In this document: in pieces, positions 35,634 through 45,476 of the stretch
Layout: each line of letters starts with the position of its first letter
Numbering within the stretch: position 1 is the first letter of the stretch
IMG/VR virus record: IMGVR_UViG_3300042368_001013
Location: 1 to 64,000 of that record
Source: a virus
Length of the DNA stretch: 64,000 nt
Strand: one strand, 5' to 3'
Notes under the pieces: generated by a model
What the model was told of the DNA's origin: nothing
Seen by the model: only the letters and a program-made list of their open reading frames with translations
The model's database searches: none
Made by a program: the position numbers and the translations under genes

Positions 35634-36266
35634 ATGAAATCATTTCAACAATTTTTAACTGAAGCCAATCAAAAAATTCAATGCGATATTAATGGTATTT
35701 GCAAAGTAATAAAACAATATGAATCTGCTGGTAACGAACAAAAAATTCTTTCTGTCTATAAAGACAGCAAAGGATTGTCTACAATAGGACACGGACATTT
35801 AGTAACTCCACAGTCTCCAAAAATCTTTGCTGAATTAAATATTAGTCCTGATGTCTTGACTGGCAAAGCAAAATTAACACCAGAACAAGCAGATAAATTG
35901 CTTGAAAGAGATGTCAAAACTCGATTACCTCAAGTTGAAAAATTAGTTCCAAATTTTAATACTTATTCTTCGGAACTTCAAGGTCAACTTGCATCAGAAC
36001 AATTTAGAGGTATGTTAGGAAAATCTCCTAGCGCTCTTAAAAAATTAAACGCAGGAGACTTTTCTGGTGCATCTACAGAATATTTAAATGCTAAAGATTA
36101 TAGAGAATCTGTAAGAGATAAAACTGGTATTGCACCAAGAATGCAAAGTTTAGCGGATGCAATTAAAACGGAACCAGAACGTCAGAAGAAACGTCAGCAA
36201 TCTTCTCTGCAAACCACTCAGGCGTCTCAGTCGCCTTCCACTTTGCAAACGCCGCTTTCTCGTTGA
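35634..36266 (+). CDS. GH24 (T4-type) lysozyme with capsid-targeting-like leader (MKSFQQFLTE)
   Basis: Catalytic E, Y.D..G..TIGHGHL, and R.. near the C-terminus. Confidence 0.82.
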   Translation: MKSFQQFLTEANQKIQCDINGICKVIKQYESAGNEQKILSVYKDSKGLSTIGHGHLVTPQSPKIFAELNISPDVLTGKAKLTPEQADKLLERDVKTRLPQVEKLVPNFNTYSSELQGQLASEQFRGMLGKSPSALKKLNAGDFSGASTEYLNAKDYRESVRDKTGIAPRMQSLADAIKTEPERQKKRQQSSLQTTQASQSPSTLQTPLSR

Positions 36267-36726
36267 TATAATAACTACGATATGCAACTACTGCATTTTC
36301 ATTCTTATATTGTTCTGGCATTGCCTGAACAAAGGTAGTCAACTTACCTTTTGGCAAATTAATAGGACAGTCATACAATTCATTCAACAACATAGATTCC
36401 ATTGAATGAATTTTGCCATAGCGGCGAGTGTATTCTTTACACAATGCATATGCATGTTTCCAAAGCCAAAGATAATTTTCTGACGTTGTACGTGTCCAAA
36501 TATTGCATGGATGATTAATCATTGCAGCCTTGCAGATATTCTTCTTTGTACATACATGCGTAACATATCTACGCTTACCAGTATTGACTTCCAATGGATC
36601 GCCATCCAAAACATGATGGGCAGTTGAAAGCAACTGGCAAGACTCAAGAATCATTTTTACAACGTGCTTGTCGCACATCATACGAGCGGAAGTAGCAGCA
36701 TCATTGTCCAAAACAAAAATATTCAT
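36163..36726 (-). CDS. Pyrimidine-dimer DNA glycosylase / DenV-related protein
   Basis: MNIFVLD...CDKHVVKMILE..QLL, HPC..W, EY..RYGK.H and AYR.YY motifs. Confidence 0.8.
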   Translation of the reverse strand: MNIFVLDNDAATSARMMCDKHVVKMILESCQLLSTAHHVLDGDPLEVNTGKRRYVTHVCTKKNICKAAMINHPCNIWTRTTSENYLWLWKHAYALCKEYTRRYGKIHSMESMLLNELYDCPINLPKGKLTTFVQAMPEQYKNENAVVAYRSYYINEKAAFAKWKATETPEWFAEKIADVSSDVLVPF

Positions 36727-37760
36727 ATTTCGTGATTCTCAAAAATGTTGTTTATAGTACGATTGACCTTAACCATTGTACCACGCGAATACAGTTCAGG
36801 CAAATTAAAAGCACCCACATACGAACAAGCAGAACGCAATCCACCAAGAATTTCTTTAACGGTATGATGTACAGATCCACGATAAGGTACTTCCACAGTG
36901 CGGCCCTCGGAAGCACGGTAATCCTTAAGCCCTCCGTTGTATTTTTCATTTGCAGTTTTGCTGGACATACCATAATGAAGCATCGTGAGTGATGCGTTAT
37001 TATTGGAGTGACGAATTTCTCCACCACACTCGTCATGGCCTGCAAATGCACCTCCAGCCATAACAAATGCAGCTCCAGCCACAAAAGACTTAGCAAAATC
37101 ACCGGGATGTACAATTCCTCCATCAGATACGATCCCAATACCTAACGCTGCTGCGGTTTCCACACACTCTATGACCGCCGAGAGTTGGGGATACCCCACT
37201 CCGGCTACTCGGCGCGTCAGGCACATCGACCCCGATCCTATTCCCACTTTTACGAGGTCGGCTCCAGCATCTGACAATACCACGACCCCCTCTGGGGTTA
37301 CTACATTCCCTGCAATCAATATTGACTTCGGCCATTTCTGTCTCACTTTCTTTATAAAGTTATGAAATTCTGTCATGTAACCATTTGCAACATCAACACA
37401 AACAAAAGTTGGATCATTGATCGTTGCAGTATCAACAAACAACTTACTCTCGGCATCCAGACCAAGAGTCAACGAAACATATTTTTCTTTATCGGGATAA
37501 CTGGTGGCAAAGGTAACATAATATTCACCACCCTTTTTCAAACAAGTAATCATCTTGTACTCTGACAATACAAGAGCCATCTGGTGGGTTCCAACAGTAG
37601 ACATATTTGCTGCCATAATAGGCACACCAGTCCACGTAGATCCACAATTAAAGGTAGTACCGACTTCAAGATTTACATCTTTACGAGACTTAACACTTGA
37701 AAGCCTTGGTACAATGAGTGCGTCTGAATAATCTAGTTTTGATTCGTAGTTTAAAATCAT
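36723..37760 (-). CDS. guaC: GMP reductase
   Basis: KLDY.D.LI.P, PIMAANM, DVANGY, GIGSGSMC.TR, YGMSS, YRASEG and GGLRSAC motifs. Confidence 0.92.
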   Translation of the reverse strand: MILNYESKLDYSDALIVPRLSSVKSRKDVNLEVGTTFNCGSTWTGVPIMAANMSTVGTHQMALVLSEYKMITCLKKGGEYYVTFATSYPDKEKYVSLTLGLDAESKLFVDTATINDPTFVCVDVANGYMTEFHNFIKKVRQKWPKSILIAGNVVTPEGVVVLSDAGADLVKVGIGSGSMCLTRRVAGVGYPQLSAVIECVETAAALGIGIVSDGGIVHPGDFAKSFVAGAAFVMAGGAFAGHDECGGEIRHSNNNASLTMLHYGMSSKTANEKYNGGLKDYRASEGRTVEVPYRGSVHHTVKEILGGLRSACSYVGAFNLPELYSRGTMVKVNRTINNIFENHEI

Positions 37761-37799
37761 GACCCACAATAATGACACATATTGGGAACAGGTCAATAA

Positions 37800-37973
37800 T
37801 TATTTTGATTCTTCTATTCTTTGTATTGCATCACGAAGACTTAACATTTTGTTTGCTAATTCTTTTGATGTAATCTTATCCCGAAGATACTCTTCATATT
37901 TTGAAAGAATAATCTTCGCTTCTCGGAAAAGTATTGCATGTAAATGATCAGAATTTTTGGAATCATTGGACAT
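37800..37973 (-). CDS. 57-aa hypothetical protein
   Basis: MSNDSKNSDHLHAILF...; TAAATA 6 nt upstream. Confidence 0.55.
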   Translation of the reverse strand: MSNDSKNSDHLHAILFREAKIILSKYEEYLRDKITSKELANKMLSLRDAIQRIEESK

Positions 37974-37982
37974 CAATAATAT

Positions 37983-38672
37983 TTATTGAATTCCACTCGT
38001 GTCATCTCTGACAAATCTTATTAGATTTTTCATATAAAAAGAAGACCATCCTCTTTTAATTAAATTCCAAACCAAAACTCTGTCTCCCTCTAGCCCTGCA
38101 AATGAATTTAATCTAGTTTGAAATTCATTACCCGGTACACTATTTTGAGACAATGAACAAACTAATCTATCAACATTTCCGTCTACTTGAAAATATTCAA
38201 TTGTACAAACTCCACCTAACAATTCTAAAAGTGTTTCTTGCTGTGATATAAAACGAGATTTATAAAAAGTATCATTTGTAATTATTTCAACTTCAGCTTG
38301 ATAATCTGATGCTGGGTCATAAATTTTATTTTGAAATGTAAAATTATTCATTTCCAAATAATTTTCTGCAGATCCATATATTCCTTTTATATATTTGTTA
38401 AACTCTAAATCATTTTTACTAATATTTTTATATTTTTCAATTCTATATTGTGAGGAAAGATAATCTTCTTCTTTTTTTCCTTCACGTTTGCTTATATCGG
38501 ATAGATTGGAATCTAAAAAAGAACTTTCTAGATCATCTAACACTTCTATAGATAAACTTTTATTTATAGGTTGATTTATTCTAACATCAATCGGTGGATA
38601 TTTTTCATTAATATCTAATGATGGTAATAAACCATCTAAATCATCACCGGGAGTTTTTGAAAACTGACTCAT
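37983..38672 (-). CDS. Hypothetical with C-terminal SH3/WYL-like (DUF2693-like) domain
   Basis: I.Y..VDG...VWNL.K.GWSSF. Confidence 0.65.
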   Translation of the reverse strand: MSQFSKTPGDDLDGLLPSLDINEKYPPIDVRINQPINKSLSIEVLDDLESSFLDSNLSDISKREGKKEEDYLSSQYRIEKYKNISKNDLEFNKYIKGIYGSAENYLEMNNFTFQNKIYDPASDYQAEVEIITNDTFYKSRFISQQETLLELLGGVCTIEYFQVDGNVDRLVCSLSQNSVPGNEFQTRLNSFAGLEGDRVLVWNLIKRGWSSFYMKNLIRFVRDDTSGIQ

Positions 38673-38914
38673 TAAATTTTAATTATTATTTGTTTTTCTT
38701 TTATTAAAACATTTTTATAATTTAAATCTTTAACTAATTTAAAAAAATAATCTTTTGGGAATTCTTTTTCTACCATCACAAATATATCTTGAAATGGTTG
38801 TTTTTTAATTTTATCAATATCTTCTAAAACTTTTTTAATGTCAGTATCTACTGTTTTAGCATCAAAAGATAAAAAAATTTCTGTTTCTTTTAAGTTTTCT
38901 TTTTTTGTCACCAT
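38672..38914 (-). CDS. Hypothetical protein
   Basis: Coupled ORF in operon. Confidence 0.55.
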   Translation of the reverse strand: MVTKKENLKETEIFLSFDAKTVDTDIKKVLEDIDKIKKQPFQDIFVMVEKEFPKDYFFKLVKDLNYKNVLIKEKQIIIKI

Positions 38915-39099
38915 GTCTTTGGAGTTGGTCTAAAATCACCTAACAAAGATTGCCTATTATCGCCACCAATTTTTTGAGGTGGTACTATATTTGGTTGAAA
39001 GTGCCTATTGCTCTCACTTAGAGGAGATGGGGCATTTTTATATTTTTTATGTAAATCTTTTATTACATCTTCCAATGATTTTTGTTGATTGTGTTTCAT
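38908..39099 (-). CDS. Hypothetical protein
   Basis: Coupled ORF in operon. Confidence 0.55.
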   Translation of the reverse strand: MKHNQQKSLEDVIKDLHKKYKNAPSPLSESNRHFQPNIVPPQKIGGDNRQSLLGDFRPTPKTW

Positions 39100-39473
39100 C
39101 TTCCACTATATCCTTTAAAGATAGATTCTCTTGCATCGCTTTGTAATTTTCTTGAAAGTAATCCAACTACATCCCCTTGTAAATGAGAGGGAATATCTTT
39201 CTTAATAATCTTTCCTAGTTCCATTGCAAATTCTTTTGAATCTGGAGAAAATTTAATTTTAGATACTGCATTTATAATATTTTCAAGAGCAGTTACAATT
39301 TCACTTTTAATAGGGATTGATTGATCAGATAATGTTTGACCTATAATATTTTTTACTGATGATTTTGAACTTATGGCCTTAACATCCGTATCTTCAAATC
39401 CGTGACCAAAATTACCTTCAGTGAGCATAATAGATTGTATTACGTTTTTAAATTGTTTATTGTTTAATCTCAT
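39096..39473 (-). CDS. Hypothetical late protein
   Basis: TAAATA 5 nt upstream; MLTE cleavage-like motif. Confidence 0.65.
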   Translation of the reverse strand: MRLNNKQFKNVIQSIMLTEGNFGHGFEDTDVKAISSKSSVKNIIGQTLSDQSIPIKSEIVTALENIINAVSKIKFSPDSKEFAMELGKIIKKDIPSHLQGDVVGLLSRKLQSDARESIFKGYSGR

Positions 39474-39501
39474 AAAAATATTTATGATAAATAGTTATAT
39501 C

Positions 39502-39864
39502 ATGTCCTGCATTAAAGTAATATTAAATTTTCAAAACGAATTAAGACTCCATCACTGGGGAACTCAATCATATTCAACTCACAAAGCTCTAGGTAATGCA
39601 TATGAGGCTATTGATGGCCTTTTAGATACCTTTACCGAGACATATATGGGCGTGTATGGTAGAGACGAAATCTACCAAATCAAAGAAATGAAATTTAATG
39701 GCCCAAATGAAATCAATGTAAATAGCATATTAGATTCATTTGAAGATTTTTTAATGAATGATATAAACAAAGAGATTAATTCCGATCAAACTGCTTTGTT
39801 AAACATAAGAGATGAAATTTTAGGAACTGTACAAAAAACAAAATATCTATTGACTCTTAAATGA
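39502..39864 (+). CDS. Ferritin/Dps-like four-helix protein (DUF5856-like)
   Basis: HHW.T.SY..HKAL...Y...D.F.E.Y.G and NIRDE...YLLTL motifs. Confidence 0.75.
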   Translation: MSCIKVILNFQNELRLHHWGTQSYSTHKALGNAYEAIDGLLDTFTETYMGVYGRDEIYQIKEMKFNGPNEINVNSILDSFEDFLMNDINKEINSDQTALLNIRDEILGTVQKTKYLLTLK

Positions 39865-40070
39865 GAAATAAGAAAAAAATATTAAATACAAAACGAAAAC
39901 AAAATGAGAATCATAGTTACTATTTTGTAGCACATGTTGATTCATCTGGAGAAGTAACTCCATTATTGCTAACAGACAAAGAATTTTTAACAGCAAAAAA
40001 AAGAGCAAATAGAAATAAAGAAGACGTTCCCTTAGATTTTATTGTGTTTTCTCAGTTTCATAAAAATTAA
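39861..40070 (+). CDS. Hypothetical protein
   Basis: ATGA overlap with the upstream gene. Confidence 0.6.
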   Translation: MRNKKKILNTKRKQNENHSYYFVAHVDSSGEVTPLLLTDKEFLTAKKRANRNKEDVPLDFIVFSQFHKN

Positions 40071-40080
40071 AGGAGTAGTT

Positions 40081-40446
40081 ATGAAAATTTCAGAGCTTGT
40101 TTATGAAATACGAAATTTAGCCCGTAAAGAAGAAGATCCTGTCAAAAAGGATCTTTTTTATCAATGTTCCAAATCAATGGAAATTCTTGGAAATATAGCC
40201 AAGATTGCCGATCTTGCGGTTGCAGAACATAACGCCACAGAAGTACCAGCAGTAAATGAAGAGGATATCATCAAATGGAATATTGATGATGTAACTTTAA
40301 AAATGCTTGAAGAGTATGTGGATTCTTTAGTCCAGTATGGATTTATGGACAAAGATGATAGATGGCCTTATGGCGATCAACCATTTACAAAATTTGTATC
40401 AAAATATCTAAAATCTCAGATCGTAAACGATTCCAACATAGAATAA
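40081..40446 (+). CDS. Hypothetical protein (start MKISEL)
   Basis: AAGGAG ribosome-binding site upstream. Confidence 0.7.
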   Translation: MKISELVYEIRNLARKEEDPVKKDLFYQCSKSMEILGNIAKIADLAVAEHNATEVPAVNEEDIIKWNIDDVTLKMLEEYVDSLVQYGFMDKDDRWPYGDQPFTKFVSKYLKSQIVNDSNIE

Positions 40447-41015
40447 ACTTTTGCTGGAATTGTTTTATGGCTAAGAACAGCCATATTTGATGGCATAATT
40501 TTTAAAACATACTTGCTATAGTATGGATTTCTTTTAAAAGAATCAAATTTACGAGTTCTTTCCATCAAAAAATGGCTATAGATGTATACGTGGGCACGTT
40601 TTGCGTACATTTTGCTATTAATAGCCAAATTAAAGTTCTTAATTATCTTAATTGCTCGTTTTTCACAGTCTCTTTCCATTGCTCGTACTATAAAAAATGC
40701 ACGTTTTATCTTTTTAAGGGGATAATTTTTGCCTTTTAACCAAGCATCAACTATAAAAGATGCTTCGTATGATTTTTTATAAATTTTAGAACTGTTTATA
40801 TATTGTAAAAAATGGCAATATTCGTGTACTAGAACATGCATGAATTCATTTGACTTGCCAGCCACGGCTATAGCCTTGCCAGACTCATCAAAATAGCCTG
40901 AACAACGGAAACCATCAACATTTACATGTTTTCCACGACCAATAATAAGTTTCATACCGTATTGTGCGAGATGTTGCCTCACAAATTTTACGAACTGACG
41001 ATTGCTCTGTCCCAT
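40416..41015 (-). CDS. Zincin-like HExxH protein
   Basis: VLVHEYCHFLQ...E; AAGGAGG ribosome-binding site. Confidence 0.7.
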   Translation of the reverse strand: MGQSNRQFVKFVRQHLAQYGMKLIIGRGKHVNVDGFRCSGYFDESGKAIAVAGKSNEFMHVLVHEYCHFLQYINSSKIYKKSYEASFIVDAWLKGKNYPLKKIKRAFFIVRAMERDCEKRAIKIIKNFNLAINSKMYAKRAHVYIYSHFLMERTRKFDSFKRNPYYSKYVLKIMPSNMAVLSHKTIPAKVYSMLESFTI

Positions 41016-41106
41016 AGGGCCTCCTTCAGTCAGAATTATTTAGGGAATTACTTGACAGTGAAATTGTATGTAGTATAGTATGGCAACTTCTTAAGAAAGG
41101 AAATTT

Positions 41107-41343
41107 ATGGAAATTACTAATGTTGACCGTCCGACCAAGATTCAAAGAGTTTTTGATTACATGCGTAAGGGTACTCCCCTAACCGCAGGCGAGGCTCGCA
41201 AACGTTTCCGTGTTGGAAACATGCGTGCAACTATGCACGATCTTCGTGAGGCATTTGATCGTTTTGAAATGAACTACACTGTGGTCCGTGAGCTTCGTAA
41301 TGGTCGTTCTTATTACCGCGTATCTCGTAATCGAGTACGCTAA
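41107..41343 (+). CDS. Small winged-helix-like DNA-binding protein
   Basis: LT..EA..RF.V.N.RA...DLR...YYR pattern; TTGACA-16-TATAGT promoter and AAAGGA site. Confidence 0.65.
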   Translation: MEITNVDRPTKIQRVFDYMRKGTPLTAGEARKRFRVGNMRATMHDLREAFDRFEMNYTVVRELRNGRSYYRVSRNRVR

Positions 41344-41364
41344 GTTAATAAGAAGGTCTGTGTG

Positions 41365-41394
41365 AAAAACCCCGCCGTTTTGGCGGGGTTTTTT
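41365..41394. terminator. Bidirectional intrinsic terminator
   Basis: AAAAACCCCGCC-GTTTT-GGCGGGGTTTTTT between convergent genes. Confidence 0.85.
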
Positions 41395-42697
41395 AATTTA
41401 CGTTTATTTGTAGATTTATTGTAGTTGGACCTACAAATTCAATATAAATTTTTCTTGAACTTGTCTGAGTTTTAGTATAAATTAACCCAGATTGGTCAAA
41501 TCCAGGGACTCCCATTAAATAAATTCCCGAAGTTAATGGTACTGTCTTAGCAGAATCAACATAATAATTTACATTGAATCCTTTTAATGAGGGGTGACTG
41601 AAGTCTAATTTGAATCCCGTAGTGATATTAAAATTCAATTCACTTGTTACTTGAAGAGTATCTGCACCTTCTGCATTTGTTTTTAACGCATAGACATATG
41701 ATGGTGTATATGTTCCTTCAAAATCATAACTTCCAGCCAAAATTTCTTCAATAAAGACAAAAACTGATCCATCATATGGTAGAGCTTTATCTGATGTTGC
41801 TGCATTGAATCCATTGTCAGTTAATCTTGAACAATATAAACAAGGTATCCATTGAGCGCTATAAGTACGACTTTCATATTGTGCTCTTAAAAATGCTTGT
41901 AACTGATTTTGATTTTCAAAACATTCAATTTGATTACCATCTGCATCAAAAACAACATAGCACCCAAGTTGTTTTCTTGTTTTGGATAAAATTTCTGGAT
42001 TTGCATTTCCACGTAAAAAATGTGTAAAAGTAATGCCGGATGTGGAAAGATTTTGATTTGTTAATGCTATGTCAGTATATACTAATTCTCTATTATCTTT
42101 TAATTTTACAACAGAATTGATTTTAATTTTTCCAGCATTTGTTGTTGAACCAGATATCTCAATATATTCTTCTTTTCCAAATTGAGAGCCAACAATACCA
42201 AAATTTACAAAAGACTTACTTTGGTTTATAGTTAAATTATTTTCAATATAATTCTGAGCAGTAGCTCCACCACTATAACCACTAGTATATTGTGGGTAGT
42301 CAATAAAATTACTAGAATTGTAAAATTTATAATTTGCTAAACTTGTAAACCCAGATTGTATTCCACCAATTATAATTTTATCATTACCAGTTAAACTTTC
42401 TAAAGAAAAAACTCCACTTACATCCACAGAATAATCATAATTGGGATCATAATAATTTGCATTATTGAGTGCAAATGTAGTTCCAACTGGCGTATTTTTA
42501 AAAACTTTTTGTAAATAAGTAAGATCGGAAATATTATAAGATGCTGTATAGTCTATAAAACAACTGGTTCCTATAACAGAAACATTTGGTTTAGAATTTA
42601 CATATCCTTGTAAAAATACTGGATCAAAAGTTGAACCATAAATTTTTACGCCATAATTGATTAAATTCTTACAAGCATTAAGAGCATATAATGACAT
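41393..42697 (-). CDS. Putative virion structural protein
   Basis: Beta-rich Ser/Thr/Tyr/Gly composition, in a late operon. Confidence 0.6.
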   Translation of the reverse strand: MSLYALNACKNLINYGVKIYGSTFDPVFLQGYVNSKPNVSVIGTSCFIDYTASYNISDLTYLQKVFKNTPVGTTFALNNANYYDPNYDYSVDVSGVFSLESLTGNDKIIIGGIQSGFTSLANYKFYNSSNFIDYPQYTSGYSGGATAQNYIENNLTINQSKSFVNFGIVGSQFGKEEYIEISGSTTNAGKIKINSVVKLKDNRELVYTDIALTNQNLSTSGITFTHFLRGNANPEILSKTRKQLGCYVVFDADGNQIECFENQNQLQAFLRAQYESRTYSAQWIPCLYCSRLTDNGFNAATSDKALPYDGSVFVFIEEILAGSYDFEGTYTPSYVYALKTNAEGADTLQVTSELNFNITTGFKLDFSHPSLKGFNVNYYVDSAKTVPLTSGIYLMGVPGFDQSGLIYTKTQTSSRKIYIEFVGPTTINLQINVN

Positions 42698-42698
42698 A

Positions 42699-43646
42699 TT
42701 ACGAAGCCATGTAGGTTATAATTTGTGTTCCTGTATTTGATACTGCATACAACTTATTTGTATTTTGTATATCAAGGAAAACATTTTCTCCTGGATCTAG
42801 GGCATATCCATATGAGGAACCAACTAGTCCAGATGTGTTACCAACATAGATAAAATCAGTATTTGTAGAAAGTGCTTTTATGTTTATACCAGTCAAACAT
42901 GTAAAGCCACCTGAATCCATTTGTTGTACTGCAGCAGATGTTGGGGACACTCTACCAGTTTTGAATGTTGTTGGTCTACCTACTCCAAGAGCGGTAAAAT
43001 CTGTACGCAATCCTACTATTTGTCCATAAATTGCGGTTATACCATTTGTTATATCATTATTGGCAATACCTACAGTGTTACCAACAGTTACTGCTACGGC
43101 AGTTGCACCAGAAATTCCGGCAACCAAAACAGTCGAAGGAATTGTGGCTGTAAATGTTGCTCCAGTTATGGCAACCTTCAGAGCATCACCACTGGTTCCA
43201 ATTGACCAGCCAGTTGCACCGACCAATTTAACAAAGATTGAAGTTGCGCCAGATGGGCCATAAGTAGAAATTGAATCAACGGTTGTATATAATCTACCAC
43301 CAGTAATTTCAATTTGACTTCCTGTAAAAGTTTTTACGTATACAGGTGATCCAGTAGAACCTGTTGCAATAATAGTTCCGCTTATGGGAAGAGGATAACC
43401 ACCACCAGTACCCTGTACGGTAACAAGCCCGTTGAATCCTGTAATAGAAGCGGTGAGACCACCTGCAACTGTTACTGGGAATGGATTTGCAGAGGAAGTT
43501 GTAGTTGCTACCCCCGTAATACCATGTGCCAATTTAAAGATTTGGAAGTGGGCAGTTGTTCCAGAATATTGAGCTACATCTGTAGCTACAGCAGCAGTTA
43601 ATCCAGCTGTTTCAATAATAATGTTTGGGTCTGTATCTGAGGCCAT
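42699..43646 (-). CDS. Putative virion structural / fibre-like protein
   Basis: Gly/Thr/Ala-rich with G.T repeats; IKA...NT..IYVG...GY.L.PGE C-terminal domain. Confidence 0.65.
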   Translation of the reverse strand: MASDTDPNIIIETAGLTAAVATDVAQYSGTTAHFQIFKLAHGITGVATTTSSANPFPVTVAGGLTASITGFNGLVTVQGTGGGYPLPISGTIIATGSTGSPVYVKTFTGSQIEITGGRLYTTVDSISTYGPSGATSIFVKLVGATGWSIGTSGDALKVAITGATFTATIPSTVLVAGISGATAVAVTVGNTVGIANNDITNGITAIYGQIVGLRTDFTALGVGRPTTFKTGRVSPTSAAVQQMDSGGFTCLTGINIKALSTNTDFIYVGNTSGLVGSSYGYALDPGENVFLDIQNTNKLYAVSNTGTQIITYMAS

Positions 43647-43734
43647 TTGATATCCTATAAATAGTTCTAGAATATTTAGAAGAGTAAAATGATTGCTTTT
43701 ATTTGATTATAGTATATTATAGTGTGGAGAAAAT

Positions 43735-43968
43735 ATGTATATAGACGATTCAGCTAAAGAAAAATTTTCTGTTAAAGTTTTACAGAGAGTATCTAAAACA
43801 AAGTTATCTTTTATGGAATGTGTTTTGGAACTCAGTGGAGAAATGGGATTAGATCCATCTGCCGCAGGAAAACTTTTAACTAAACCTCTTATTGAAAAAA
43901 TTGAACAAGAGGGTAGAAAGTTAAATATCCTAAAAAGTAAAAAAAGTCCAAGATTGCCAGTTGACTGA
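43735..43968 (+). CDS. g33: Late transcription coactivator gp33
   Basis: F...V...SFMECVL...KLL.KPL.EKI..E...LN.L; directly upstream of gp32. Confidence 0.8.
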   Translation: MYIDDSAKEKFSVKVLQRVSKTKLSFMECVLELSGEMGLDPSAAGKLLTKPLIEKIEQEGRKLNILKSKKSPRLPVD

Positions 43969-44027
43969 CTCAATTGGAACGTTATAATTAAAATAGAAAG
44001 GCCGAGGTAGATCCTCGGGTAATTAAT

Positions 44028-44882
44028 ATGGCAAGTTTTTCAGATTTTAAGAAAAAGAGTAAGAATTCTGTATCCGCACTTAGTGAACGTCTTGATAAGT
44101 TGACTTCAAAGGAAAGTTACAAAGATGACAGGCTTTGGAAGCCAGGAATTGATAAGGCAGGCAATGGTTATGCCGTTATTAGATTCCTACCAGAGGTAGC
44201 TGGCGAAGATAGTCCATTTGTTTCGGTCTATAGCCACACCTTTAAGGGTAAGGGGGGTTGGTTGTTTGAAAATTGTCCAACTACCACTGGCGACAAGTGT
44301 CCTGTTTGTGCAGCAAATACCGAACTATGGAATAGTGGCATCGAAGACGACAAGAACATTGCTCGTCAGCGTAAGCGCAAGCTAACCTACTTTTCCAATA
44401 TTTTGGTAATTGAAGATCCTGCTAATCCAGAAAATAAGGGAAATGTTTTTCTTTATCAGTACGGAACAAAGATCTTTCAAAAGATTCAAAGCTTAGCACA
44501 TCCAGAATTTCAAGATGAAGTTGCCGTTGATCCATTCAACTTCTGGACTGGAGCAGATTTTAAGATTAAAATTCGTAATGTCGGTGGTTATGTAAACTAT
44601 GACCGTAGCGAATTTTCTTCCCCGGCTCCACTCTTTGCTGGAGATGATAAGAAGTTGGAAGAACTTTGGAAGAAGCAATATCCTCTGAAGCCATTTGTTG
44701 ATAAGAGCCAATTTAAGAGCTTCGATGAACTTAATGAAAGGTTCAAGAAGGCTGTTGGTGATGATATCCGTGCTCAGTTTATTGAAACTAAGAGCATTGA
44801 AGATGATATTGAAGAACCCACTATTACAGAAGCAGAGGAAAAAAATCCTCTGCAATACTTCTCCGAAATGGAGAATGATTGA
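44028..44882 (+). CDS. g32: Single-stranded DNA-binding protein gp32
   Basis: D.RLWK...DKAGNGYAVIRFLP, ENCPTT..CPVC, NYD.SEF and an acidic tail. Confidence 0.97.
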   Translation: MASFSDFKKKSKNSVSALSERLDKLTSKESYKDDRLWKPGIDKAGNGYAVIRFLPEVAGEDSPFVSVYSHTFKGKGGWLFENCPTTTGDKCPVCAANTELWNSGIEDDKNIARQRKRKLTYFSNILVIEDPANPENKGNVFLYQYGTKIFQKIQSLAHPEFQDEVAVDPFNFWTGADFKIKIRNVGGYVNYDRSEFSSPAPLFAGDDKKLEELWKKQYPLKPFVDKSQFKSFDELNERFKKAVGDDIRAQFIETKSIEDDIEEPTITEAEEKNPLQYFSEMEND

Positions 44883-44908
44883 AAAAAGCCCCGCAAGGGG
44901 CTTTTTTT
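44882..44908. terminator. Bidirectional intrinsic terminator
   Basis: AAAAAAGCCCC-GCAA-GGGGCTTTTTTT. Confidence 0.85.
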
Positions 44909-45476
44909 ATGACCATGTAAATTTTTGTGAAGTTCTAGTCAACTCATCACCAAAATAATGCAGATCACCATTATATGTTGGTCTTGTTTCGGTAAATCCT
45001 TTTGGATCTTTTCCCTTATCCATTAGAGCCGAAACTGATTTATATAAGTTTTGTAAAGCAGGGTTTACCGTTCCATTTATTTCACTAATTACACCTGTGA
45101 ATTCTTTTTTGGTTACAAAATTAGGTTCATTTGGTTTTTCTAAAATATTTGCCGGAGTTACCGTTTTGGGTACATATGTTTCAAAAAATGGTATTTGTTG
45201 GAGTAATCTATTAGTTGTATCTGTATCAACTGTTGTTGATGTGGTTGATCTTGGTCTTTCAAACAATTTTAAATCATTACCAAAATCAAATGGTGTATTC
45301 AAAGATTGATTTAATAATTCATTTTCGGGTAGATTTGATTCTCCCAATGATGCAACAGCACGTTCCGAATTAGAAGTAAAAACGTCAGGCTCAATTAAAT
45401 AATTCTGAACAACTTGTTCAACTTTTACATCGTCTGAATTCGAATTTATTAAATCTAGTTTTTCTTTTTCTTCCAT
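44907..45476 (-). CDS. Hypothetical, in the position following the gp26/gp51 chaperones
   Basis: Clean ORF, low-complexity sequence. Confidence 0.65.
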   Translation of the reverse strand: MEEKEKLDLINSNSDDVKVEQVVQNYLIEPDVFTSNSERAVASLGESNLPENELLNQSLNTPFDFGNDLKLFERPRSTTSTTVDTDTTNRLLQQIPFFETYVPKTVTPANILEKPNEPNFVTKKEFTGVISEINGTVNPALQNLYKSVSALMDKGKDPKGFTETRPTYNGDLHYFGDELTRTSQKFTWS

